Assembly (NCBI GenBank): GCA_903885445.1
Contig: CAISIO010000044.1
Coordinates: 1 to 52,707, forward strand
Length of the DNA stretch: 52,707 nt
Direction of reading: 5' to 3'
Source: Candidatus Staskawiczbacteria bacterium
GTDB taxonomy: Bacteria > Patescibacteriota > Minisyncoccia > Minisyncoccales > Staskawiczbacteraceae
The notes beneath the pieces were generated by a model, which did not search any database, was not told where the DNA came from, and saw only the letters and a program-made list of their open reading frames with translations. Position 1 is the stretch's first letter, and each line of letters opens with the position of its first letter. Shown one piece after another: positions 26,533 through 35,354 of the stretch. The position numbers were made by a program, and so were the translations under genes.

Positions 26533-26604
26533 TGGGCGCGGAAGGAATCGGACCTTCGACCTCTGTCTTATCAGGACAGCGTTCTACCACTAAACTACGC
26601 GCCC
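26533..26604 (-). tRNA. tRNA-Ile (anticodon GAU)
   Basis: The reverse complement folds as a cloverleaf: GGGCGCG acceptor, CTGTC-CTGATAA-GACAG anticodon arm, GAAGG-TCCGATT-CCTTC T arm. No encoded CCA. Confidence 0.85.
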
Positions 26605-26624
26605 AATTTTGGTGATTATTATCG

Positions 26625-26653
26625 ATTTTAGCAGATAATTTCGCATATTGCAA
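26625..26653 (-). promoter_or_regulatory. likely promoter of tRNA-Ile
   Basis: The minus strand reads TTGCAA-17 nt-TAAAAT, ending about 20 nt upstream of the tRNA 5' end. Confidence 0.5.
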
Positions 26654-26714
26654 TGGAGTTATTGTAAGAATTTATTTTTCATTTATAATAAAATAAACTA
26701 ACAAAAAACATTTT

Positions 26715-27773
26715 ATGATATTTATACCAAAGACGTACACAGTAGAAAGCGTAACGTCCGGGCATCCGGATAAAATGTGCGATCAGTTTTCAGATGCGAT
26801 TTTAGACGAATGCTTAAGGCAAGACCCAAACACGCGGGCGGGTATTGAAGCATTCGGAAACCACGGGCTTTTAGTAATTGGTGGAGAAGTTACAACAAAA
26901 GCGGTTTTTAATGCCGAGGAAATTGCATTGAAAGTTTATAAAGACATTGGCTATGAAAAAGAGATGAACACAATAACCGGGATAATTAGACAATCGTCAG
27001 ATATTGCCCAAGGGGTTGATGTTGGAGGCGCAGGAGACCAGGGGATTATGTATGGATATGCCACCGATGAGACTCCTGAGTTTTTGCCTTTTGCGATTGT
27101 AAAGGTCCACGCGCTTGCCAAGGGGCTGGAAGACTTAAGAAAAAATGGGGGCGTTTCATGGTTAAGGCCGGACGGCAAAACGCAAATTACAGTTGAAAAT
27201 GGAAAAGTAAAAACTGTTTTAATAAGCACCCAGCATAGCGAAGACGTGTCTAATGATGAGATAAAGAAAACATTGATAGAGAAACTTATAATGCCGGTCA
27301 TGGGAGATATCTCTGGTGTGGAGATTCTGGTGAATCCAACCGGCAGATTTGTTATTGGAGCCGACGGATTTGAGGCAGATACCGGGTTGACCGGCAGAAA
27401 AATTATGGTCGATACTTACTGCGGGCTGATTCCGCACGGCGGGGGATGTTTTTCCGGCAAAGATCCGACAAAAGTTGATAGATCAGGCGCTTATATGGCA
27501 AGATTTGCGGCCAAAAATTTAGTTGCCAACGGATACGCAAAACAGTGCTTGGTTTCTTTAGCTTATGCAATTGGAAGGGCAGAACCCTTAATGGTGGAAG
27601 CAATAAACGAGAAAGGGGAGAGTATCGCTGATGCCGTAAAAAATAAGTTTGATTTTAAGCCGAAAGCCATAATTGAAAAGCTGAATTTGCGCCAGCCGAT
27701 TTATTTGCAAACCGCAGCTTACGGCCATTTTGGGAAAAACAATTTGCCATGGGAAAAAATTGAAAAAATATAG
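26715..27773 (+). CDS. metK: S-adenosylmethionine synthetase
   Basis: ESVTSGHPDKMCDQFSDAILDE, GAGDQGIMYGYA and GGGCFSGKDPTKVDRSGAY. Confidence 0.92.
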   Translation: MIFIPKTYTVESVTSGHPDKMCDQFSDAILDECLRQDPNTRAGIEAFGNHGLLVIGGEVTTKAVFNAEEIALKVYKDIGYEKEMNTITGIIRQSSDIAQGVDVGGAGDQGIMYGYATDETPEFLPFAIVKVHALAKGLEDLRKNGGVSWLRPDGKTQITVENGKVKTVLISTQHSEDVSNDEIKKTLIEKLIMPVMGDISGVEILVNPTGRFVIGADGFEADTGLTGRKIMVDTYCGLIPHGGGCFSGKDPTKVDRSGAYMARFAAKNLVANGYAKQCLVSLAYAIGRAEPLMVEAINEKGESIADAVKNKFDFKPKAIIEKLNLRQPIYLQTAAYGHFGKNNLPWEKIEKI

Positions 27774-27827
27774 GCGTGTTTCAAAATTTACAAATCAAGA
27801 GTAATATTAAAGAATAACAAAGCGTTT

Positions 27828-28184
27828 ATGTTTTCAAAAATAGATAAAAAAATTTTAGTAATTTTAATAATTGTAATAGCAGTAATTTTGTTCGTCGGTA
27901 TTGGCATATATAAATATATGCCAAGGAATCCGGTTAAAGTGCAAAATATGAGCGGGGGAGCGCAAACAGAGCAAAACGAATCGGCCGTAAATGATCCGAA
28001 GACACAAACATATGCGCAAGGTAATCAGGCGCAAGGCGATATTGGTGGCGGGATATTAAGTATTTGCGTGTCTAAGTGCGGAGATGGTGTTTGTCAAAAA
28101 ACAGATCCAAATTGCGGGAAAAATAATAATTTAAATTGTATTTGCCTGGAAACCACGCAAAATTGTCCGGGCGACTGCAAATAA
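27828..28184 (+). CDS. small membrane-anchored Cys-rich protein
   Basis: N-terminal TM helix ILVILIIVIAVILFVGIGIY. The C-terminal 45 aa hold 10 Cys, with CGDGVC...CPGDC. Confidence 0.6.
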   Translation: MFSKIDKKILVILIIVIAVILFVGIGIYKYMPRNPVKVQNMSGGAQTEQNESAVNDPKTQTYAQGNQAQGDIGGGILSICVSKCGDGVCQKTDPNCGKNNNLNCICLETTQNCPGDCK

Positions 28185-28193
28185 TTTATATTT

Positions 28194-28739
28194 ATGAATT
28201 TTAACAAAGCGATTAAATTATTAGTCAGTATAATAATTTGCGAGCTGGCCGGATTCGCGGGGTCTATTTTTACTACGCCGGAAATAAATAATTGGTATAA
28301 GCTTCTAAACAAACCCGGCTTTAATCCACCCAGCTGGATTTTCGCGCCTGTGTGGACAACAATTTTTATTTTGATGGGGGTTTCTTTATATTTAGTTTGG
28401 GCAAAGAAATTTGTTGTTAAAAATGAATTAAAGCTTTCGAAGAAAAAGGCCTGGAATCCTTGGTCACAAAAATTTTTATACGGCAAATGGCAAAAGGCGA
28501 ATATAATGCTGATCTTCGCAGTCCAGTTGGCGCTGAACGTTGTGTGGTCAATAATATTTTTCGGGTTGCACAATCCGGGAGTAGCTTTTTTTGAATTGCT
28601 TATGCTTTGGGTAGCTATAATTTATACAATTATCAATTTTTATAGGGTTTCGAAAAACGCGGCGTTGCTGCTTTTGCCGTACGTTATATGGGTTTCCTTT
28701 GCCGCTATTTTGAATTATTTTATTTGGATTTTAAATTAA
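28194..28739 (+). CDS. tspO: TspO/MBR tryptophan-rich sensory protein
   Basis: Five TM segments; WYKLLNKPGFNPPSWIFAPVWTTIFILMG motif. Confidence 0.85.
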   Translation: MNFNKAIKLLVSIIICELAGFAGSIFTTPEINNWYKLLNKPGFNPPSWIFAPVWTTIFILMGVSLYLVWAKKFVVKNELKLSKKKAWNPWSQKFLYGKWQKANIMLIFAVQLALNVVWSIIFFGLHNPGVAFFELLMLWVAIIYTIINFYRVSKNAALLLLPYVIWVSFAAILNYFIWILN

Positions 28740-28742
28740 CAT

Positions 28743-28898
28743 ATGCAAAAATATTTTCCTAAAAACGCAAAAAAATTCCAGCAAGAAAAGAAAACATCTA
28801 AAGACACATGGAGTCACGCCGTGAACAGATTCGCGGGCAATGCCGCGCGCTTAGAGCACATAAATGTCAGGAATAAAAATAAGGGCAAAAAAGGATAA
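28743..28898 (+). CDS. possible small basic ORF (51 aa), unsupported by homology
   Basis: Hand translation gives MQKYFPKNAKKFQQEKKTSKDTWSHAVNRFAGNAARLEHINVRNKNKGKKG*. It fills the gap between tspO and the MBL gene. Confidence 0.25.
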   Translation: MQKYFPKNAKKFQQEKKTSKDTWSHAVNRFAGNAARLEHINVRNKNKGKKG

Positions 28899-29673
28899 AA
28901 AAGTAAAAATTATGCCAGCCGAGGTAAAAATTTTAATTAAGGGCTTCACTAATTACGATTCTGTGGGTGAGGCCGGAGCGGAGAAAACTCAGCCGACAAT
29001 CACTCTTGTGCGGGATGGGGATTTAGTAATGGTTGTTGACCCTGGAATTTTGGAGAGCCAACAGGTTTTAGTTGATGCTCTACAAAGCGAAGGACTAACT
29101 CCGGACGATGTTAATGTTGTTTGTGTCACGCATTCTCATCTGGATCATTATAGGAATATAGGAATGTTCCCGGAAGCCAAGGTTCTGGAGTATTTTGGGT
29201 TATGGGACAAAAATACAGTAGAAACCTGGCGGGAAGACTTTACTAAAAATATCAAGATATTGCATACGCCTGGGCACGACTATACTGGAATAACACTTTT
29301 TGTGAATACGGACGAGGGGCGCGTTGCTATATGCGGAGACGTTTTTTGGAAAGAAAATTATCCTAGAGCCGCGAAAGACGATGCTTATGCTTCAAATCCT
29401 GGACGATTGGAAGAAAGCAGAAAAACAATTTTAGAAATGGCAGACTGGGTAATTCCCGGCCACGGCCCGATGTACAAAAATAACCGGACTGGCGCGATTG
29501 CTGAAGATGTGCCAAAACAAAAAGGAGCGGAAATTGCCGTAATATGCAAAAAATGCGGCAGAGGAATGAAGCAGAAAGACAAGTGTTTTTGCAGACCATA
29601 CCTTTGTTTTAATTGTTGCGAATGCGGCTTGGATTGCGATTTGTGTTATTGCAGCCACCAGAAAAAAAAATGA
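28864..29673 (+). CDS. MBL-fold metallo-hydrolase with Cys-rich C-terminal tail
   Basis: THSHLDHY motif and HTPGHD. The last 44 aa contain 13 Cys (CKKCGRG...CFCRPYLCFNCCECGLDCDLCYCSH). The start may instead be the ATG at 28912 (MPAEVKILIKG). Confidence 0.8.
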   Translation: MSGIKIRAKKDKKVKIMPAEVKILIKGFTNYDSVGEAGAEKTQPTITLVRDGDLVMVVDPGILESQQVLVDALQSEGLTPDDVNVVCVTHSHLDHYRNIGMFPEAKVLEYFGLWDKNTVETWREDFTKNIKILHTPGHDYTGITLFVNTDEGRVAICGDVFWKENYPRAAKDDAYASNPGRLEESRKTILEMADWVIPGHGPMYKNNRTGAIAEDVPKQKGAEIAVICKKCGRGMKQKDKCFCRPYLCFNCCECGLDCDLCYCSHQKKK

Positions 29674-30971
29674 GGAAACTATTTTTATTATTTAGCATCG
29701 CTCTATTCTTTTTGGCGGCCGGGCTTGCCTCGGCGCACCAGCCGGAGCTTGTTTATTTGCAATCGGGAGAAGTTCAAATCATTAATCCGGAGGTTTCCCG
29801 GGCGCTTTACGATGAATTAAAGGGCGGTCCGCGGTATTATTTGATAGATTCAGCCAAAGATTTTGATTTATATATAAATCTTCTCGTCCCGGAGGAAGCA
29901 AACAGGGATGGCCGATATTCCGCCGATGTTTTTGATGCTAACGGTGAAAAATTATTTTCTCTAGACGGCTCGTCTTTTGAATGGAAGGAATATTATGAGC
30001 CGTTCGGCAGGGATTATTATTTAAAAGGCCCGGAATTAGACAAACAGGTTCCGGCGGGCAAATATAAAATTGAGGTTTATTCGAAAGACAATTTAGGCAA
30101 ATATGTTTTGGCCGTTGGGAAAACGGAGGCCTTTGATATAAAATCAACCTTAAATGTTTATTGGCAGTTGCCATTGTTAAAGATTACATTTTTTAAAACA
30201 TCGGTTTTGCAATTTTTCTTCACGCCGTTCGGGATAGTTGGCATAGGGTTTATTGGCGGGTTGCTGGTTTTAATCGCCCTAGTTAACTATTTAATCGGGC
30301 TGGCCAAAGAAACCATAAAGCACAATCAGGCCAAGACGCTTCTCTTAACTTCAAGCGGAATGGTTGAGATGAAGGACGAGATAATTAAATTACTGCAGAA
30401 GCCGGCATATGACGTGACGGTAGCTTTTATTATTACTGCCTCAAAGCCCGTGGAAAATTTAGATTATGTAAAAAGAGACTGGACTATTATGCGCGAAGAA
30501 ATGGGTTTTAATATTGAAGAAGTCGACATTGAAGGAAAGAAAGAAGAGGAGGTTCTGAAGCTGCTTGAGCTAAAAGATATCATATACGTAGTAGGCGGAA
30601 ATACTTTTTATTTGTTGAAAGCGATGCGCGAATGCAATTTTGAAAAGGTGATAAGAAAATTATTAAAAGAAGGCAAGGTTTATATCGGCGCTTCGGCCGG
30701 GAGTATTGTTGCCGGGCGTACAATTAAAACAGCCGGCTGGAAAAATGCCGATAAAAACTTTGTAGGATTGAAAGATTTGAGGGGGTTAAACCTGGTGCCA
30801 TTTGATATTTTTGTGCATTACCAGCCCGAACATGACGAAATTATAAAATCCGAAATTAAAAATCCCAGAAAGCGCGCGAAAAAATTAAGAATTTTAACTG
30901 ACCAACAGGCGTTTTTGGTACAGGGCAAGGAAATTGACTTAATTGGCGATGGCGACGCAGTAGTTGTTTAA
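29670..30971 (+). CDS. fusion protein: signal peptide, extracytoplasmic domain, TM segment(s) and peptidase S51 (dipeptidase E)-like domain
   Basis: The ATG at 29670 gives MRKLFLLFSIALFFLAAGLASA|HQP... C-terminal VVGGNTFYLLKAM...YIGASAGSIVAG is an S51-type nucleophile elbow. Start overlaps the upstream stop (ATGA). Confidence 0.7.
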   Translation: MRKLFLLFSIALFFLAAGLASAHQPELVYLQSGEVQIINPEVSRALYDELKGGPRYYLIDSAKDFDLYINLLVPEEANRDGRYSADVFDANGEKLFSLDGSSFEWKEYYEPFGRDYYLKGPELDKQVPAGKYKIEVYSKDNLGKYVLAVGKTEAFDIKSTLNVYWQLPLLKITFFKTSVLQFFFTPFGIVGIGFIGGLLVLIALVNYLIGLAKETIKHNQAKTLLLTSSGMVEMKDEIIKLLQKPAYDVTVAFIITASKPVENLDYVKRDWTIMREEMGFNIEEVDIEGKKEEEVLKLLELKDIIYVVGGNTFYLLKAMRECNFEKVIRKLLKEGKVYIGASAGSIVAGRTIKTAGWKNADKNFVGLKDLRGLNLVPFDIFVHYQPEHDEIIKSEIKNPRKRAKKLRILTDQQAFLVQGKEIDLIGDGDAVVV

Positions 30972-30976
30972 TTTAT

Positions 30977-31198
30977 ATGAAGATTTTTATAAAAGCAAAA
31001 CCAAATTCTAGAGAGGAAAAAGTTGAAAAAATCGACGATTTAAATTACGTCGTTTCTGTAAAAGAACCGCCGATTAAGGGAAAAGCGAATGAAGCAATCA
31101 GAAATGCCTTGGCGGTATATTTTAAAACCGGAACTTCGTGCGTTAAAATTATTTCAGGTTATTCCTCAAGAAACAAAGTAATAGAAATTGTGATATAA
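30977..31198 (+). CDS. DUF167 (YggU-like) protein
   Basis: IKAKPNSREEKV...VSVKEPPIKGKANEAI...ISGYSSRNKVIEI. Confidence 0.75.
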   Translation: MKIFIKAKPNSREEKVEKIDDLNYVVSVKEPPIKGKANEAIRNALAVYFKTGTSCVKIISGYSSRNKVIEIVI

Positions 31199-31204
31199 TA
31201 AAAA

Positions 31205-31420
31205 ATGGAAACAAGAACAATAATACACGGCCACCCAATTTCTCACGACGAAAGCGTGAAGCATGGCATCTATTATCTTTCGCACCAGCTTGACGCCGAT
31301 GAGGCAAAAGTTTTTTTCCGCCAGGCATTTGCCCATGGTTCGGCGGTTTTTGAGGACCATATGGGCCATAAATACGAATTAATTCACAAGGGTGGAGAAT
31401 ACCAATTAGTTGAGCATTAA
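31205..31420 (+). CDS. hypothetical His-rich small protein
   Basis: 71-aa ORF with 9 His, packed tightly after the previous gene. No family recognised. Confidence 0.45.
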   Translation: METRTIIHGHPISHDESVKHGIYYLSHQLDADEAKVFFRQAFAHGSAVFEDHMGHKYELIHKGGEYQLVEH

Positions 31421-31433
31421 AATTATTAATTAA

Positions 31434-31703
31434 ATGGCAATTATAACACTCGTTGTATATTTTTTTGTCGGGGTTGTGCAGGATTTTTTCTTTACAATGA
31501 ATTCAAAGTATATTGCCCAGAATAAAATTGTCCCGGCGGTAATTTACTCCTTTCTCACTGTTTTTATGAACATGCTGGTTTTGTACAGCATTTTAACTGA
31601 CATAAACAACCAGACAAGCATTATTGCAATTGTAGTTTATTCGTTTGGTATTGCCGGCGGAACTTACGTGGCAATGAAGCTCCCCAAATTTAGGAAAAAA
31701 TAA
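31434..31703 (+). CDS. small integral membrane protein
   Basis: 89 aa with three hydrophobic segments, followed by a terminator. Confidence 0.55.
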   Translation: MAIITLVVYFFVGVVQDFFFTMNSKYIAQNKIVPAVIYSFLTVFMNMLVLYSILTDINNQTSIIAIVVYSFGIAGGTYVAMKLPKFRKK

Positions 31704-31723
31704 CATTATTTTTTGTATTTCTC

Positions 31724-31747
31724 CCGGCGCCAAAACGCCGGTTTTTT
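31724..31747 (+). terminator. intrinsic terminator
   Basis: CCGGCG-ccaaaa-CGCCGG followed by TTTTTT. Confidence 0.7.
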
Positions 31748-31807
31748 ATTAAATATCCAAGGGACTTGATTTAATTCTATAAGCAGTTAACATAGAAGGT
31801 AATAAAC

Positions 31808-33505
31808 ATGGCAAAGGAAAAGAAGGTCGCCAAGAAAATTAAAAGGGCTAAGGTTTTAAAACCGACAAAGAGCAGGAAAATTTTGGTTAAGAAAAAAATA
31901 AATAAAATAAAAAAAACCGTTCGGCGAGTTCAGGGCAGGCAAAAAAATAAAATTATAAAGAAGGCTGTTTTGAAAACTAAGCAAAAGAAGGCTGTAAAAA
32001 AATTAGTTAAAAAACTAACTCCAAGAAAGGTTGTTGCTCATAAAGGAAAAAAACATATTACAAGGCGCACGAAAATTAATCCGGCAGAAGAGTTTCCGGC
32101 GCAGTCTTTTTTTAAAGCGAAAATCAAGGTTATCGGAATTGGCGGGGGCGGAGGGTCTATAGTCTCTGAGATTGGCAGGTCGCTTGAAAAAGCAACCTTT
32201 GTTATTGCCGACACAGATGTGCGCGTTTTAAAAAAGAAGTCAGGAATAAAATATTTTTGGTTTGGCCAAGATTTAACGCATGGCTTGGGAACAGGAGTTA
32301 ACGTGGACTTGGCAAAACAAGCCGCAGAGTCTGCTAAAGAAAAAATCAGCAGTATTTTTAAAGACCAGGATATTATAATTTTTGTCGCCTCATTGGGCGG
32401 GGGATTAGGGTCTGGCGCCACGCAGGTTTTTGCGGAAGCAGCAAGAGAATTCGGCGGAATCACTTTTGGCATATTCACAATGCCCTTTAAGTTTGAAGGG
32501 AAGAATAAATATCGCATTGCTCAAAACGCTTTGCGTGCTTTGCGACAGTCGTTGAATGTTTCGCTGGTAATTCCTAACGAAAAGATTTTTAAAGTTATTG
32601 ACGAAACAACGCCAATTACAAACGCCTTTTCAATAGTCAATAAAAGCTTGATGGAATCTTTGGAGAGCTTGATAGACCTGATTTACAACCCGGGGATTAT
32701 AAACATCGATTTCGCTGATTTGCGGACAATTTTAAGAGGCAGGGGAAGTTCGGCCTTTCTAAACACCGTTGAAGAATCGGGAAAAGACAGGATAGAAAAA
32801 ATTTGTGAAAATATTTTTAAGAATCCTCTATTGCAGAGCAGTAATCTTTGCGCCGAGAAAATTTTATTTAATATTTCCGGAGGAGAAAATCTTTCAATGT
32901 TTGAAGTGGAAAAAATCAGCAGCCGCATAGCCGAGCAGAATCAAAAAGCGAAGATTATATTTGGAATCTCCAAAAATCCAAAATTAAAAAATAAAATAAA
33001 AACAACGATCTTGATGACTGGCGGGCAAATCAGTGATGCGGAAGAAGACTTGCCTGCGCATGCGGGAAAAATAGAAGATATAGAGATAAAGCCCGTTTTA
33101 GCCGAAAAAGAAGTTAAGAAAGTTATCGAGCCGGTAAAGGTTGAAACAAAGGCGGAAATTATGGCCACAAAAAAAAGAGAAAAGCCATTGGCGCCGGCGA
33201 GGAAGAAAGAGCCTAAATCCAAAAAGAGAAAAAAACCATTGGTTCCCGTAAAAAAACCGGACAAAAATGCTGAAAAAGCAGTTTCATTTGTTCCTGTTTT
33301 TGAGGTTCCGGTCTCGCCAATTCCCGTATTGGAACAAAGAAGGATTGATGTAATTGAGGCGATGCCAGAATCAGGTAAAAAAACAATCAGGAGAAGCGGC
33401 CTGGAAATCCGTAAAGCCGAAGAGCTTGAGGAAAAAAAGAGATTAGCGCAGGAAAAAGAGTGGGAAATTCCCGCCTTCCTGAGGAAAGTAAAATTTAAGA
33501 GTTAA
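31808..33505 (+). CDS. ftsZ: cell division protein FtsZ with about 100-aa Lys-rich N-terminal extension
   Basis: IKVIGIGGGGGSIVSEI, SLGGGLGSGATQVFAE (variant of GGGTGTG), NIDFADLRTIL and the C-terminal peptide EIPAFLRK. Confidence 0.88.
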   Translation: MAKEKKVAKKIKRAKVLKPTKSRKILVKKKINKIKKTVRRVQGRQKNKIIKKAVLKTKQKKAVKKLVKKLTPRKVVAHKGKKHITRRTKINPAEEFPAQSFFKAKIKVIGIGGGGGSIVSEIGRSLEKATFVIADTDVRVLKKKSGIKYFWFGQDLTHGLGTGVNVDLAKQAAESAKEKISSIFKDQDIIIFVASLGGGLGSGATQVFAEAAREFGGITFGIFTMPFKFEGKNKYRIAQNALRALRQSLNVSLVIPNEKIFKVIDETTPITNAFSIVNKSLMESLESLIDLIYNPGIINIDFADLRTILRGRGSSAFLNTVEESGKDRIEKICENIFKNPLLQSSNLCAEKILFNISGGENLSMFEVEKISSRIAEQNQKAKIIFGISKNPKLKNKIKTTILMTGGQISDAEEDLPAHAGKIEDIEIKPVLAEKEVKKVIEPVKVETKAEIMATKKREKPLAPARKKEPKSKKRKKPLVPVKKPDKNAEKAVSFVPVFEVPVSPIPVLEQRRIDVIEAMPESGKKTIRRSGLEIRKAEELEEKKRLAQEKEWEIPAFLRKVKFKS

Positions 33506-33518
33506 TTTTGTAAAAAAT

Positions 33519-34406
33519 ATGACAGAAGAAACAAAAGAAATAAAAAAAATTATTATTCCGGTGGCAGGATTGGGTACTAGGTTTTTACCTCTTTCCAAGG
33601 TTATTTCGAAAGAATTTTTTCCTTTGGTGGATAAGCCGGCAATCCATTACATAGTTGAGGAAGTAAAAAAATCAGGAATAAAAGAGATAGTCTTTGTAGT
33701 CAGTCCGGGACAGAAAGCGATTTTAAATTATTTCGAAAAGGATTCGGATCTGGAAAAAACGCTGATTAAAAGGAAAAAGGAAAAAATATTAAAAGAGTTG
33801 AAGGATTTTGAGGAAATGTTTCAAGGGATTTCTTTTTCATTCGTAACACAAAAAACACCGCTCGGAGACGGCCATGCGATTTTGCAGGCGGCAAAGCACG
33901 TAAAAGACGAACCGGTAGTTGTATCTTGGGCTGATGATATTATCGACTCGGATGAGCCGGCCATGGCGCAATTGATAAATATTTTTAAAACCTGCAATGC
34001 GCCGGTTGTTGCTTTAAAGCGGGTGCCGATGGAAAAAGTTTCTGCTTACGGCGTTGTTGCCGTAGAAAAAATTGCAAATCATTTATATAAAATAAAAAAA
34101 ATAGTTGAAAAGCCGGAATTGTCAGCTGCTCCGTCCGATCTTGTGATAGTTGGAAGATACGTTTTGACGCCGGAAGTTTTTAAATATCTGAAAAAGTCAG
34201 AGCCGTCGGGAAAAGGAGAAATAATTCTAGCTGAAGTTTTCGATAAAATGCTTTCCGAAGGAAAAATCATTTACGGTTGCGAGCTAAAAGGCGAGTGGCT
34301 TGAGTGCGGAGACAAATTAAAATGGTTAAAATCTTTTTTCTATCTGTCGCTGAAAGACCCAAGATTTAAAGACGAATTACGGCAGTATTTAAAGACAATC
34401 AAATAA
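33519..34406 (+). CDS. galU: UTP--glucose-1-phosphate uridylyltransferase
   Basis: IIPVAGLGTRFLPLSKVISKEFFPLVDKPAIHYIVEE. Confidence 0.88.
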   Translation: MTEETKEIKKIIIPVAGLGTRFLPLSKVISKEFFPLVDKPAIHYIVEEVKKSGIKEIVFVVSPGQKAILNYFEKDSDLEKTLIKRKKEKILKELKDFEEMFQGISFSFVTQKTPLGDGHAILQAAKHVKDEPVVVSWADDIIDSDEPAMAQLINIFKTCNAPVVALKRVPMEKVSAYGVVAVEKIANHLYKIKKIVEKPELSAAPSDLVIVGRYVLTPEVFKYLKKSEPSGKGEIILAEVFDKMLSEGKIIYGCELKGEWLECGDKLKWLKSFFYLSLKDPRFKDELRQYLKTIK

Positions 34407-34427
34407 TTGGTATAATTAGATAATTTT

Positions 34428-35354
34428 ATGATTTACGATTTAATTATTATCGGAGGCGGGCCGGCTGGAATTACTGCCGGAATTTACGCGGGCAGGCAGA
34501 AAATGAAGACGCTTTTGATGACAAAAGAGTTTGGCGGGCAAATGGCTAAAAAAGCCACAGAAATATGTAATTACCCCGGATTCGAAAAAATTTCCGGAGC
34601 CGAGCTTATAGAAAAATTTGTCGGGCATTTGGAAAAGCAGGAATCGGTTGAAATAAAATTTGCAGAAGCTGGAAGAGTTGAAAAAGAAGGCGGTGTTTTT
34701 ACTGTCACAACAACCGAAAACGAAAAAATCCAAAGCAATTCGGTAATTATCGCAACCGGAGCTGATCCAAGGCCGCTGGAAGCAATTGGAGAAAAAGAAT
34801 TTATTGGAAAAGGAGTGGGATATTGCGTTACTTGCGATGGCCCGATTTTTAAAAATAAAACAATTGCGATAGTCGGCGGAGGAAATGCTGGATTTGAGGC
34901 AGCTTTGTTTATGACAAATTACGCCAGTAAGATTTATATTCTGGAATTTGGAACTGAACCGAAAGCAGATCAGGAAAACAAAAATGAAGCCAAGAAATCT
35001 GATAAGATAGAAATTATTACAAATGCGTCGGTAAAGGAAATCAAGGGCGATAAGTTTGTCGGTTCGCTGATTTATCAGGATAATATATCAAAAGAGAATA
35101 AAGAACTGGAAGTGCAGGGAGTTTTTATAGAAATTGGAAGCCAGCCGGCAACTGCTTTAGTAAAAGGACTAGTTGATTTTACAAAGCGCGACGAGATAAT
35201 GGTTGAGTCGGAAACGTTCCAGACAAAAACGCCCGGCCTTTTTGCCGTTGGCGATGACAACTCCGGCCCATACAAACAAATTATCACAGCAGCGGGCGAA
35301 GGATGCAAAGCATCTTTAGCCGCGTATGATTATTTGAGAAAAGTAAAAAATTAA
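34428..35354 (+). CDS. trxB: thioredoxin-disulfide reductase
   Basis: IIIGGGPAGITAGIYAGR, the redox motif CVTCDG, GGGNAGFEAA and FAVGD. Confidence 0.9.
   Translation: MIYDLIIIGGGPAGITAGIYAGRQKMKTLLMTKEFGGQMAKKATEICNYPGFEKISGAELIEKFVGHLEKQESVEIKFAEAGRVEKEGGVFTVTTTENEKIQSNSVIIATGADPRPLEAIGEKEFIGKGVGYCVTCDGPIFKNKTIAIVGGGNAGFEAALFMTNYASKIYILEFGTEPKADQENKNEAKKSDKIEIITNASVKEIKGDKFVGSLIYQDNISKENKELEVQGVFIEIGSQPATALVKGLVDFTKRDEIMVESETFQTKTPGLFAVGDDNSGPYKQIITAAGEGCKASLAAYDYLRKVKN

Noticed and set aside
29613-29669. Upstream start (29613) for the S51-fusion protein
   Set aside because: It would overlap the Cys-rich tail of the MBL gene by 61 nt and adds a non-signal sequence. The ATG at 29670 gives a textbook signal peptide and an ATGA stop/start overlap.
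31808-32120. Lys-rich FtsZ N-terminus as a DNA-level tandem repeat or misassembled low-complexity region
   Set aside because: The nucleotide sequence is A-rich but not a periodic tandem repeat, and the reading frame runs on without interruption into the FtsZ core.
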